From: a bacterium
GTDB lineage: Bacteria; Bacteroidota; Ignavibacteria; Kapaibacteriales; UBA2268
Assembly (NCBI GenBank): GCA_030431515.1
Contig: JAUIIX010000004.1
Span: forward strand, 47,810-111,809
Direction: 5' to 3'
Length of the DNA: 64,000 nt
Below the pieces are notes generated by a model that searched no databases, was not told the origin of the DNA, and saw only the letters and a program-made list of their open reading frames with translations. Shown here one piece after another: positions 19,498 to 29,254 of this stretch. Each line of letters starts with the position of its first letter. Within the stretch, counting starts at the first letter, position 1. A program made the translations under genes and the position numbers.

Positions 19498-21471
19498 ATG
19501 ATTTATATAGTAGTATCTATTTTATTAAATTTTACTTTATCAAGTGAGTTGGACGATCAAAATCATAGTTTTAAATTAGGAATGGCTAATTGCGTTGAAT
19601 CTTTTAATGGAAATGTCTATTGTGCAAGTGGCAATGGTTACTTTGGTGGATTGTATTATAAAGAAAATAATTACTGGAAAATAGTTCAACAAAAGGAACT
19701 TTTCAATAACAGTATAAGAGACTTAATTCCTTTAGATGAATTCTTATTAATTGCAAGTGACAAGGGAGTATTTTCACTTGATAAGTTTGATAATATTTCT
19801 GAATTGAATAAAGGTTTGCCAGAAAATATAAATGATGTTAATACAAGTAGAGTGTTAAAAATGATAAAATATAATGATAAAGTTTATATAAGTGTCGATT
19901 CTAAAGAAATCTATTACTCTGATATTAATAAAATTGAATGGAATAAATTAAGCTTAAACTATAATAAACATATTTTTGATTTTACTTTTTTTAAAGACTA
20001 TATGTTTATTAGTTTATTAGATATTGGTTTAGTTAAAATAAATTTAGAGAATAATAATACTGAAATAGTAAATGAACTCGATAATGAGATATTCTACTTT
20101 TTAAATGCTTCAAATAGTTTTCTAATAGCAAGTACAGGTTTTGAGAATTTTGTTACTGAGAATACTACTTTATGGGAAAACTTTAATTTAAAATATGGTT
20201 TAAATACAAATCAAATTTTTAAACTTTATTTTCAAGGTGATTCAATATACTTTGCAGATAATTCTAACCTTTACTTTACTTATGATAATGGAACTGAATG
20301 GTTAACATATAATTTATATTCTCAATTAAAAACGAATGCTTTTGTTCATGATATTAATTCAATAGATAATAATATATTTATTAGTTTAGATGATTTTGGG
20401 ATATTAAGTATTAATCAAGAAACATTAGAGTTAGCAGAAGAAAATATCTCAAATTACAAAGTAAATCAAATAAAGAGCTTTAGTTCAACTAATTATTACA
20501 ATATTTCAAATTTGAATTTTACTTATCTCTATAAGATTGTAAATAATAAGCCAGAAATAGTTTTTTCAATTATAAATGATATTATTATGGATTTTTCAAT
20601 CCTAAATAGTAAAATAGCTATATTAACTCAGTATAATGGGCTTCAAATAAGTGAAAATGGAACATTCTGGGAATATTACCCATTACCAAGTAATCTTAAC
20701 TATAACTATGATAAGCAGAAAGTTATATTATCACAACAAGGAGTAAGTATTACTAACATCAATAATGAAATGTTTTCATTCTTTTCAAGTGATAAGGGTA
20801 TATCTTGGAATAAAATAGAAGTTTTTAATGGTGATACTATTTTAGATTTTATCAATTATAATGATCTTGTATATGCCTATTCAAACTCAAAAATATTTAG
20901 ATTTAATGAAAATTTAATTGATTGGGAAACAATCTATATTACAGATAATATTTCAGATATAATAGTGAAAGACGGTATCTATACCGTTGAGAATAGTAAC
21001 ATTTATAGATTAAATGATTTTATACCTATTCTATTACAAAATTCAAATGGTGCTGAAAAATTAATTTCAAGTTCGTTAGCATTATTTGATGACAATACTA
21101 TCAGATACAATTATAAGGATAATTGGATTATTCTTTATAAATTTCAGTATCTATCAAATGAAGATATTACTGATATACAATATATTGATGATTCACATAT
21201 CCAATTTGGAACAAAATACTTAGGACTATTTGACTTTTACTTAAATTATCTAAGTATAGAAAGTAATATTGATAAGTCACTAATTTTTGAAAATTCAATC
21301 TATAAATCGGAAGAAATATTTAACTTGAGAATTATTGATATTAATGGATTTGAACTATTAAATAAAAACAATTTAACTCAATATGATATTAGAAGCATAG
21401 AAAACACTAAATGCTTATTAATATTTGAATTCAATAAGAAAGTAATTGTTAAAAAACATTTAATTGATTAA
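19498..21471 (+). CDS. hypothetical secreted protein with BNR/Asp-box-like motifs; possible T9SS tail
   Basis: Motifs YDNGTEWLTY, SENGTFWEYY and SSDKGISWNKI fit SxDxGxTW-like Asp boxes. The C-terminal LRIIDINGFELL...LLIFEFNKKVIVKKHLID only weakly resembles a T9SS sorting domain. Confidence 0.45.
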   Translation: MIYIVVSILLNFTLSSELDDQNHSFKLGMANCVESFNGNVYCASGNGYFGGLYYKENNYWKIVQQKELFNNSIRDLIPLDEFLLIASDKGVFSLDKFDNISELNKGLPENINDVNTSRVLKMIKYNDKVYISVDSKEIYYSDINKIEWNKLSLNYNKHIFDFTFFKDYMFISLLDIGLVKINLENNNTEIVNELDNEIFYFLNASNSFLIASTGFENFVTENTTLWENFNLKYGLNTNQIFKLYFQGDSIYFADNSNLYFTYDNGTEWLTYNLYSQLKTNAFVHDINSIDNNIFISLDDFGILSINQETLELAEENISNYKVNQIKSFSSTNYYNISNLNFTYLYKIVNNKPEIVFSIINDIIMDFSILNSKIAILTQYNGLQISENGTFWEYYPLPSNLNYNYDKQKVILSQQGVSITNINNEMFSFFSSDKGISWNKIEVFNGDTILDFINYNDLVYAYSNSKIFRFNENLIDWETIYITDNISDIIVKDGIYTVENSNIYRLNDFIPILLQNSNGAEKLISSSLALFDDNTIRYNYKDNWIILYKFQYLSNEDITDIQYIDDSHIQFGTKYLGLFDFYLNYLSIESNIDKSLIFENSIYKSEEIFNLRIIDINGFELLNKNNLTQYDIRSIENTKCLLIFEFNKKVIVKKHLID

Positions 21472-23408
21472 GCTTCATTTCTCTCAAATTGCTCTAATTC
21501 TTCATTAAACTCTAACCAAGATAACTCAAGTTCTTCTAAGTTATCTTTCAAAGAGTTATATTCAGAATTTAGAGATTTCAATTTGTCAATATCTTTATGT
21601 AAATCAGGTTGGCTTAATTCCAACTCTACTTCTTTTTGTCGAGATTTATTTCTTTCAATTTCTTCATCAATTTTGAATATTTGATTGTTTAATCGTCTTA
21701 AATCTCTTTGATATTCTTTATTACTTTTTAAATGTTTTTTAGATTGAGTTTCAACTTTCACTTCTACAATACTATCTTTAACTTCTATATCTTGAATACT
21801 TTGTATCTTTCTCTGTTCTAAGAAATAATTTATATCACCTAAATATTCATTTATTTTTTTACTTCTAAATTCATAAGTTTTTGTAGTAAGTCCTTCCAAA
21901 AACTCCCTATCGTGAGATACTACAATAAGAGAACCAGTATAATTAAGCAGTGCATTTTTCAAAACATCTTTAGAAACCATATCTAAGTGATTTGTCGGCT
22001 CATCGAGAATTAATAAATTATATGGTTCAAGTAACAACTTTGCAATTGCTAATCTTGAACGCTCGCCACCAGATAATATTCCGATTTTTTTATAAACATC
22101 ATCACCACTGAATAGAAATGCACCGAGAATACTACGAATTTGATTTCTCATTTCACCTTGAGCAGCTCTATCAATTAATTCAAAAGGAGTTAGGTTCTCA
22201 TCCATTACTTGAGCTTCATGCTGTCCAAAGCATCCAGTTATCACATTTGAGCCAACTTTCATATAACCCTCGTAGTCAGTTAGTCCTTGGATTATCTTGG
22301 TCAAAGTTGATTTCCCTTCCCCATTTCTACCTACAAAGGCAACTCTTTCGCCTCTTTCAAGCACAAAGTCAATATTATCTAAAACTAATTTTTCACCATA
22401 TCTCTTGGTTAGATTCTCACAATTAACTACAACTCTTGCACTTCTTGGAGTAGAAGGAAATCTAAAGTGAATTTGTGAGTTATCCTCTTCATCTAATTCA
22501 ATTCTATCTATTTTATCAATTTGTTTTAATTTTGATTGAGCTCTTGATGCCTGTCTTGCTTTAGCTCTAAATCTTGTTACGAAATCTTCAATCTCTTTAA
22601 TTTGTTTATCTTGATTGACCTTAGCAGCAGCTTGTATTTTCTTTTGCTCTTCTCTTTGAATTACAAATTTTGAATAATTAACATTCAAATCATAGATACC
22701 ACCCAGAGAAATCTCAATAGTTCTATTAGTAACATTATCCAAAAATCTTCTATCGTGAGATACTAATATTACAGCACCTTCATAATTAATAAGAAACTCT
22801 TCCATCCATAAAATTGATTCAATATCAAGGTGATTTGTCGGCTCATCTAAAAGTAGGCAATCTGGTTTACGAAGTAGAATTTTAGCAAGTTCTACTCTCA
22901 TCTGCCAGCCACCTGAAAATTCATTTAATCTTTTATGAAAATCATTTTGTTCAAACCCTAATCCATCTAAAGTCTTTTCAATTTCTGATTCTATTTTACT
23001 CCCACCTAATAAATTAATCTGATCATTATAAATATTCAAATCTTCAATTAATTGCATATAAGCATCTGAAGTATAGTCAGTTCTTTCAGTTAATTTTTTA
23101 TTAATTTCATTTATTTTTCTTTGCAAATCATTTATTTCATCGAATGCTTTTTGAGTTTCATTCCAAACAGTCAATTCACTATCAGTATTCACTTCTTGAG
23201 CTAAATACCCAATTTTATACTTCTTTGGAATTGAAATTGCACCTTGGTCTAATTGCAATCTCCCTGAAATTGCTTTCAACATCGTCGATTTACCTGCACC
23301 ATTCTTCCCTATTAAGCCAACTCTTTCTTTTGGTCTTACATTAAATGAAATATTTTTGAAAATATCTCTACCACCAAAAGACAAAAATACTTTTTGAACT
23401 GCTAACAT
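21468..23408 (-). CDS. ABC-F family ATPase (two ABC domains plus C-terminal coiled coil; Uup/YheS-like)
   Basis: Walker A motifs GKNGAGKST and GRNGEGKST. Signature motifs LSGGWQMR and LSGGERSR. No TM domain. K/E-rich C-terminal coil. Confidence 0.9.
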   Translation of the reverse strand: MLAVQKVFLSFGGRDIFKNISFNVRPKERVGLIGKNGAGKSTMLKAISGRLQLDQGAISIPKKYKIGYLAQEVNTDSELTVWNETQKAFDEINDLQRKINEINKKLTERTDYTSDAYMQLIEDLNIYNDQINLLGGSKIESEIEKTLDGLGFEQNDFHKRLNEFSGGWQMRVELAKILLRKPDCLLLDEPTNHLDIESILWMEEFLINYEGAVILVSHDRRFLDNVTNRTIEISLGGIYDLNVNYSKFVIQREEQKKIQAAAKVNQDKQIKEIEDFVTRFRAKARQASRAQSKLKQIDKIDRIELDEEDNSQIHFRFPSTPRSARVVVNCENLTKRYGEKLVLDNIDFVLERGERVAFVGRNGEGKSTLTKIIQGLTDYEGYMKVGSNVITGCFGQHEAQVMDENLTPFELIDRAAQGEMRNQIRSILGAFLFSGDDVYKKIGILSGGERSRLAIAKLLLEPYNLLILDEPTNHLDMVSKDVLKNALLNYTGSLIVVSHDREFLEGLTTKTYEFRSKKINEYLGDINYFLEQRKIQSIQDIEVKDSIVEVKVETQSKKHLKSNKEYQRDLRRLNNQIFKIDEEIERNKSRQKEVELELSQPDLHKDIDKLKSLNSEYNSLKDNLEELELSWLEFNEELEQFERNEA

Positions 23409-23444
23409 TCTTCCTTTATGAAAATATTATTTTAAATGAATATT

Positions 23445-24203
23445 CTAAGACTTAATATCTTGTTTTAGATTGTAAATTATTTTCCTTGCTTTATATAATT
23501 TCACTATGAAAATTACCAAAGCTAAAATAAGTAGTATTATAAGTATTGAAAATGTCCAAATAATAAAATTTGCTTTCATTTTCTCTATTTCTAATTCCAT
23601 AGTTAAATTATGGATAATACTCTCTTCTTTTAATTTTTCTTTTTTTGCTTCTTCTATTTCTATTTTAAAATCAAATAAAGCAACTTGAGGGTCAAACAAT
23701 GATAAATAATAATCTGCACTATCTTTATTATATTTATAATAATTCTCATTCAATTTAAAATAAACATTATGAATATTTTTATTCAATAATTTTTCTCTAT
23801 CTTTAAGTGATTTTTTTAAAACTGATACTGCTTCTTCATACCTGCCTAATGAGTACATTAAATCTGCTAAAATTAAATTTGTATGAGCTTTATCATTAAA
23901 ATACTTAATATCTCCAAAAGCTCTTGCAGATAATTCCAAGTAATCACTTGCTCTTATCAATGAATCATTTGCTAAATGGTATAATCCCATAGATTGGTAA
24001 GTATAAGCCAACCAATAATGTGATGTATGTTTATAAGAATACTCAAATGCTGAATCTAATAATTCTTTAGACTTTTCATTGTCTTTTGTAATTAACTCTC
24101 TTCCTATCTTATTCAAATTACTTATATAATTTGAATCAAGTTTTTCTTCTTCTTCAGAAGATAATGCTAAAGTAAATATAAAAAGTAATAATAATATTTT
24201 CAT
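23445..24203 (-). CDS. TPR-like protein with signal peptide, coiled coil and C-terminal TM anchor (hypothetical)
   Basis: Helical repeats (LGRYEEAVSVLKKSL). TM segment IIWTFSILIILLILALVIFIV near the C-terminus. The start overlaps the upstream stop. Confidence 0.45.
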   Translation of the reverse strand: MKILLLLFIFTLALSSEEEEKLDSNYISNLNKIGRELITKDNEKSKELLDSAFEYSYKHTSHYWLAYTYQSMGLYHLANDSLIRASDYLELSARAFGDIKYFNDKAHTNLILADLMYSLGRYEEAVSVLKKSLKDREKLLNKNIHNVYFKLNENYYKYNKDSADYYLSLFDPQVALFDFKIEIEEAKKEKLKEESIIHNLTMELEIEKMKANFIIWTFSILIILLILALVIFIVKLYKARKIIYNLKQDIKS

Positions 24204-25114
24204 TATTTAGTTTCGTTTAAAAATTTAACAATACTATCTACTAAACCATCATACAATGGTAATTCTGGATTTGAGTAAGTAGCTAATTGACCAAGAAAAT
24301 CTTTAGGAGATTTCTTTAGGACATGATTCATTTCATCAAAAATCAAATATTTTGAGCCAATTTCTTTTGCTATCTTTGTAACATCTTCTCCTTTTACTTG
24401 CATATCATATCCACCACCAATAAATATTTTATTTGATTTAATATCACTATAAACCTTTGATGGTTTATATTTCAGCATATTGATTAGAAAGCCCTGAATT
24501 GATGGTCTAAACAATGAAGCTAACATTGGATTTACAGAATCTAATTTTTTACCAGCATTTAATTGATTAAAATATCCTTTTACTTCTTCAAGAAAAGCAG
24601 GTGCCCTATCAGTTATTTGCTTAATAACAGTTGTGTCCATCTGCTCTATCAAACCACATAAAGATACAAAATTATCAATTTTAATTTCAGTACAAACTAT
24701 ACCACCAATTAAAGATCCTTCAGAATGTCCGATAATTGAAATTTTATCATATTTTTTATCTTGTCTAAAATGTTCAATTATTAGTTTTGTATCACTTACA
24801 AAATCATAAAAAACAGTTGAATCTTCACTTTTAAAATTTTTACTTTTTCCTACCATTCTTTTATCATATCGAAAAGTGTCGAACCCTTTTAGTGCAATTT
24901 CCTCTGCTAAAAATTTTAAAGAATTATTATTTCCTTCTGAAATACTAGAATTTCCATTTCTATCTGTTGGTCCAGAACCACTTATTAAAACTACTAAATG
25001 TTTAGAATTACTTTCCTCTAAAGTTCCATAAATATATGAATTTTCTACAGGAATATTTATTTCCTTTGCATCTAATCCAGCACTAAATATTAAACAAATT
25101 ATCCACAAAAGCAT
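24203..25114 (-). CDS. alpha/beta-fold hydrolase, secreted
   Basis: Signal peptide. Nucleophile elbow IIGHSEGSLIG. Overall length and pattern match the alpha/beta hydrolase fold. Confidence 0.7.
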   Translation of the reverse strand: MLLWIICLIFSAGLDAKEINIPVENSYIYGTLEESNSKHLVVLISGSGPTDRNGNSSISEGNNNSLKFLAEEIALKGFDTFRYDKRMVGKSKNFKSEDSTVFYDFVSDTKLIIEHFRQDKKYDKISIIGHSEGSLIGGIVCTEIKIDNFVSLCGLIEQMDTTVIKQITDRAPAFLEEVKGYFNQLNAGKKLDSVNPMLASLFRPSIQGFLINMLKYKPSKVYSDIKSNKIFIGGGYDMQVKGEDVTKIAKEIGSKYLIFDEMNHVLKKSPKDFLGQLATYSNPELPLYDGLVDSIVKFLNETK

Positions 25115-25224
25115 AAAATTACCTCTTTTTAAAAATTAAAATAGTTGAATAATGAAATATTTTTTTTAAATTCAAAAATTATTTAACACGAATTTAAGAA
25201 AAATTATTATTTGGAGCGACATTT

Positions 25225-26751
25225 ATGGCAAATGAAGAACAAATTCCGAAAGGACATCCGTCAGGATTATACGTCCTATTCTTTACTGAGATGTGGGAAA
25301 GGTTCTCTTATTATGGAATGAGAGCAATCTTTATTCTTTATATGGCAAAGGCATTACTTTTTGATAAAGCACTTGCCTCAACAATATATGGAAGTTATAC
25401 AGGGCTTGTATATCTAACACCTTTATTAGGTGGTTATATAGCCGATAGGTATTGGGGGAATAGAAAATCTATCTTCTGGGGTGGATTAATGATGGCATTG
25501 GGGCAATTTTTAATGTTCCTTTCTGCTTATTTTTATACTGAGGTCGGATTTGCGACCACTCTTATGTATGCTGGTCTTGGTGCCTTAATTTTCGGTAATG
25601 GTTTCTTCAAACCAAATATCTCTACAATGGTGGGTCAATTATATCCTGAAGGTGATAGAAGAATTGACGGTGCTTATACAATATTCTATATGGGTATCAA
25701 CTTAGGTGCAATGTTCTCTCCACTTATTGCTGGTGGATTAGGTGATACTGGAAATCCTGCCGACTTTAAATGGGGATTCTTAGCTGCCTGTATAGGAATG
25801 ATAATAGGTACAATTATATTTGAAGTATTTAAAAATAAACATGTTGTCGATGCAAAAGGGAATTTACTTGGTGTTAAGCCACTTAAAAAAGAAGACGATG
25901 ATCCTACAAAAGCAGTATTTAACATGGCTGATTTCATTAAATTAATTTTAGTTTTTGTTGCGGCCTTTGCTTTCTTCTTCTATTATGTAGAATTTGATTT
26001 CATTGGCTCTATGATTTTTGGTGCAATTATAGCTGCGCCTATTAACTTCCTAACTGATAAGACAATTAATAAAGAAGAAAAAGAAAGAATTATGGCAATA
26101 TTTATTATGGCATTCTTTGTAATTTTCTTCTGGGCATCCTTTGAGCAAGCAGGTGCTTCGCTCACATTCTTTGCTGACGAACAAACAGATAGATTCCTAT
26201 TTGGTTGGGAAGTACCAGCATCATATTTCCAAGTTGTTAATGCAGCCTTTATTGTAATTTTTGCACCTATTTTTGTTGCTTTATGGTCATTCTTAGGAAG
26301 CAAAAACTTAGAACCAAACTCTCCTTTAAAAATGTCAATTGGTTTAGTTTTATTAGCAATTGGATATTTAATAATCGCTCTTGGAGTTCAAGGAGTTGAA
26401 CCAGGAGTAAAAGTAAGTATGATGTGGCTAATCACAATGTATTTGATGCACACTTGGGGTGAATTAGCATTATCTCCAATTGGTCTGTCGATGGTTAACA
26501 AACTATCTCCAGTTCACTTATCATCACTTTTAATGGGTGTATGGTTCTTAGCAATATCAGCGGCTAATAAATTTGCAGGTACATTATCTGCTTTCTACCC
26601 AGAAGGTGGATTAGCTAAATCATTTATGGGCTTTGAAATTGCTACATTATATGACTTCTTTATGTTATTCTTCTTCTTATCACTTGCATCAGGTATATTG
26701 TTATTTGTAATCAATAGTTACCTACTTAAATTAATGCACGGTAAGAGATAA
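25225..26751 (+). CDS. proton-dependent oligopeptide transporter (POT/PTR2 family)
   Basis: FTEMWERFSYYGMRAIFILYM (ExxERFxYY motif), GGYIADRYWG, and a polytopic MFS-like profile. Confidence 0.9.
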   Translation: MANEEQIPKGHPSGLYVLFFTEMWERFSYYGMRAIFILYMAKALLFDKALASTIYGSYTGLVYLTPLLGGYIADRYWGNRKSIFWGGLMMALGQFLMFLSAYFYTEVGFATTLMYAGLGALIFGNGFFKPNISTMVGQLYPEGDRRIDGAYTIFYMGINLGAMFSPLIAGGLGDTGNPADFKWGFLAACIGMIIGTIIFEVFKNKHVVDAKGNLLGVKPLKKEDDDPTKAVFNMADFIKLILVFVAAFAFFFYYVEFDFIGSMIFGAIIAAPINFLTDKTINKEEKERIMAIFIMAFFVIFFWASFEQAGASLTFFADEQTDRFLFGWEVPASYFQVVNAAFIVIFAPIFVALWSFLGSKNLEPNSPLKMSIGLVLLAIGYLIIALGVQGVEPGVKVSMMWLITMYLMHTWGELALSPIGLSMVNKLSPVHLSSLLMGVWFLAISAANKFAGTLSAFYPEGGLAKSFMGFEIATLYDFFMLFFFLSLASGILLFVINSYLLKLMHGKR

Positions 26752-26778
26752 AAATTGAAATGATATTTTCATAAATTC

Positions 26779-26807
26779 AAGAGCCACAATTAGTGGCTCT
26801 TTTTTTT
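26779..26807 (+). terminator. rho-independent terminator after the POT gene
   Basis: Stem AAGAGCCAC / GTGGCTCTT (26779-26787 with 26793-26801) followed by a T-run. Confidence 0.75.
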
Positions 26808-26813
26808 GTGTAA

Positions 26814-28268
26814 TTAAATCTTGACAACTACTAAAGTCTGATTCTGAATTTTAATAAAATAAGTGCCAGGACTTAAATGACCTATGTTTAATTTAGTATT
26901 ATAATCTTCTAATAATTTATTTCCAAATAAATCAAATAATTCTATTTTAATTCCTTCGTTTGTGTTTATGTTTACCATATCACTTGTTGGATTCGGATAA
27001 ATTAATACTTCATCAGAGTTAGTTGAATTATTTACATCTAATGAAAACCTTGATATAATAAAATTAGCATCACTGATGTCATAAGTTCCATCATTAATAT
27101 CATTTCTTAATAAAATATCAGCATTTGTTCCATTAGTATCTAATTGTCTAATTCTTAGTCTAGCATTTTCTGTTTCGTGAGGAAACGTTACATCTTCATC
27201 CCAAATTACTCTTAATATTCCTCCATATCCATCACCTGAACTTACTGATAATTGCTCACCATTACCTTGAGTTATATAGTAACCAGAACTCATTCCATTA
27301 GAAGTAGTAATTTCTCCACTACTATAATTGTCAATATTACCACCTAATAAAATAGTACTTTCTCTATGCTCAGCAATTCTTAAAAATTCAACCCACTCTT
27401 GTTTACCATCTGATAAGCTTTCTTCATAATTGACAACATAATCAAATGCATAAGCTAATTTATTAGAAGTTCCATATCTACTAGGTGCCGATGGAGTGAA
27501 TATACCTGATCGTTCAAAATAAATAGGATAACCTGCTGTAATCATAAAAGAATATTCTTTCTCACGATTTACAATCTCATTAGGTCTAATTGGATTTAAA
27601 ATAGTTATTCCTTTAATTTTCATATTCTCAGATTCTACAAGTTTAGAATTTGAAGTTAGGTCATTTGCATTAACATCTTTTAATGTAAACTTTCCAATAT
27701 TTTGTAATTTATTAAATGAAATGTTTGTCATATCATCAATTGTCAAATTATTGTGGTTAATAATATCAAATACTATTTTTCCAACAAATGAACCTATCCC
27801 AAAAGTATCTGCAACAAATCCATCATTTGACGGTAAGTTTGGTATTGATACTTGAAGACTATGAACATAATTAGTTCCATCATCTTCAGAAATAGTAGTT
27901 AGAGCAGAATATCCATTCATATTGTGGAAGTTAGAATTAAATGTTCTATATGGAAAAGGTGCATATTGGTCAACATTAAAATCAACTTCATCAGTATTAC
28001 GAATATTATAAGTTTCGGGATTTGCTGGAGATAAATGATCTGAGTTATAAGTTACACCTAAATTCATATTTGCAATTTTTGGTAATGATGAACTAACACC
28101 TTTTATCCAAAACTCTACCCCAATTTGGTCACCCATTCTTCTTTGTTTTATAGTAATTGTATAATCTTGAGAGAATAACTCAGGTGAGTATGAAAATAGA
28201 ATAAGTGATAAGATAAATGCTTTTATTTGTATTATTTGTAATATTTTGTGTTTATAATTTAATTTCAT
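26814..28268 (-). CDS. hypothetical secreted protein with T9SS C-terminal sorting domain
   Basis: Signal peptide. C-terminal LIYPNPTSDMVNINTNEGIKIELFDLFGNKLLEDYNTKLNIGHLSPGTYFIKIQNQTLVVVKI closely fits the T9SS type-A tail pattern. Confidence 0.7.
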   Translation of the reverse strand: MKLNYKHKILQIIQIKAFILSLILFSYSPELFSQDYTITIKQRRMGDQIGVEFWIKGVSSSLPKIANMNLGVTYNSDHLSPANPETYNIRNTDEVDFNVDQYAPFPYRTFNSNFHNMNGYSALTTISEDDGTNYVHSLQVSIPNLPSNDGFVADTFGIGSFVGKIVFDIINHNNLTIDDMTNISFNKLQNIGKFTLKDVNANDLTSNSKLVESENMKIKGITILNPIRPNEIVNREKEYSFMITAGYPIYFERSGIFTPSAPSRYGTSNKLAYAFDYVVNYEESLSDGKQEWVEFLRIAEHRESTILLGGNIDNYSSGEITTSNGMSSGYYITQGNGEQLSVSSGDGYGGILRVIWDEDVTFPHETENARLRIRQLDTNGTNADILLRNDINDGTYDISDANFIISRFSLDVNNSTNSDEVLIYPNPTSDMVNINTNEGIKIELFDLFGNKLLEDYNTKLNIGHLSPGTYFIKIQNQTLVVVKI

Positions 28269-28412
28269 TTTTATTTTAACCCCTATTAATTGATTTTTTT
28301 TTATTTAATAACAATTATTATTCCATAAAAGTTATTTTTTATTGTTCTACATCATTTTTGTAGTTTTTTGCAGTAAAAAGTGTTTTTTTTAAAAGAACAT
28401 TTTTTAGTGATT

Positions 28413-28797
28413 TTAACAAACATTTCGCACCTACGGAGCTTTTTGTTGGTGGTGTTTATCTATTTACAAACATTTTGCACCTAAAGGCGCAAGTTTTGAT
28501 TAATTCAGAATTACCTTTGTAATTTCTGGGAGATTCTTCGGCTACGCCTCAGAATGACATAGAGTTTTTTGTGGATTCTTCGCTTCGCTATGAATGACAA
28601 TACAAAAGATTCTGAAACAAGTTTAGAATGACAAGGGCAAATTTAAGAGTTAAATTGTTTTTATCAAGATTTTTATTTTAGAATATTTGTAATTTATTTT
28701 TAAATATACGTTGTTTTGATGTTAAGGATATTCTGTACCCATTAATCTACAATTCAAGATTTGTTAAGATGGATTCTTCGCTTCGCTCTGAATGACA
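28413..28797 (+). repeat. cluster of two short interspersed repeat families (R1 x2, R2 x3 plus one degenerate copy)
   Basis: R1 copies: 28413-28439 TTAACAAACATTTCGCACCTACGGAGC and 28463-28490 TTTACAAACATTTTGCACCTAAAGGCGC (compare 39503-39530). R2 copies: 28532-28559 GATTCTTCGGCTACGCCTCAGAATGACA, 28574-28599 GATTCTTCGCTTCGCTATGAATGACA and 28772-28797 GATTCTTCGCTTCGCTCTGAATGACA. A degenerate R2 copy lies at 28608-28633. Confidence 0.65.
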
Positions 28798-28822
28798 TTG
28801 TGATTAAATGCAATAACAATTT

Positions 28823-29254
28823 CTAATTATTTAAAGCACCTTGTTCTATCCAACGTTTGATGCCTTCTACTTGGTTAGTTCTTACTTTGATTAATTGGAG
28901 GTTTGAGAGATGAGGATTTTGACCATTTACTACTTGCAAAAATAATGATGATTCGACGTTAGCAGTATTTACAAAGCCACCAATCGAGATTAAAGAAAAC
29001 CAATTAGTTAAGTCCATTCCACCAGCTTTGTGTGCAGTTGAATGACATCCAGCATAAGCACATCTTACTCTTAAAAATGGCTCTACATTTTTGAAATAGC
29101 TTACCTCACCTTCTTCTGGAAAATCTAAGTCAACAAAATTAGGGTCAGTAGAACTATTACATGAAAATAATACAGCCACTAAAACAAATAATGCGATTAT
29201 ATTTAGTCTAATAGGATTCATCATCATTTGGAAAATCTTTAATTTTAATATCAT
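28823..29254 (-). CDS. small lipoprotein with planctomycete-type cytochrome-c-like (PSCyt1-like) domain carrying CX4CH instead of CXXCH
   Basis: Lipobox LFSC. VEPFLRVRCAYAGCHS...KAGGMDL...ESSLFLQVV...QVEGIKRWIEQGA follows the PSCyt1 pattern as I recall it. The start is uncertain: M1 is at 29254 and MMM at 29227-29219, and all candidates overlap the panB 3' end. Confidence 0.5.
   Translation of the reverse strand: MILKLKIFQMMMNPIRLNIIALFVLVAVLFSCNSSTDPNFVDLDFPEEGEVSYFKNVEPFLRVRCAYAGCHSTAHKAGGMDLTNWFSLISIGGFVNTANVESSLFLQVVNGQNPHLSNLQLIKVRTNQVEGIKRWIEQGALNN

Noticed and set aside
21468-21471. Convergent genes sharing a palindromic TTAA so that both stop codons overlap (also at 12284-12287; a 6-nt overlap at 33365-33370)
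   Set aside because: This is real but a trivial consequence of compact gene packing in AT-rich DNA, and no regulatory significance can be argued from sequence alone.
25099-25107. Perfect DnaA box TTATCCACA
   Set aside because: It is a single box inside the signal-peptide coding region of the alpha/beta hydrolase gene and is most simply a chance occurrence.
28532-28797. CRISPR array hypothesis for the R2 repeats
   Set aside because: The copies are imperfect. Spacing is irregular (about 14 nt, about 8 nt, then about 140 nt). There are only 3-4 units and no cas genes. The same unit also occurs singly and inverted at other loci.
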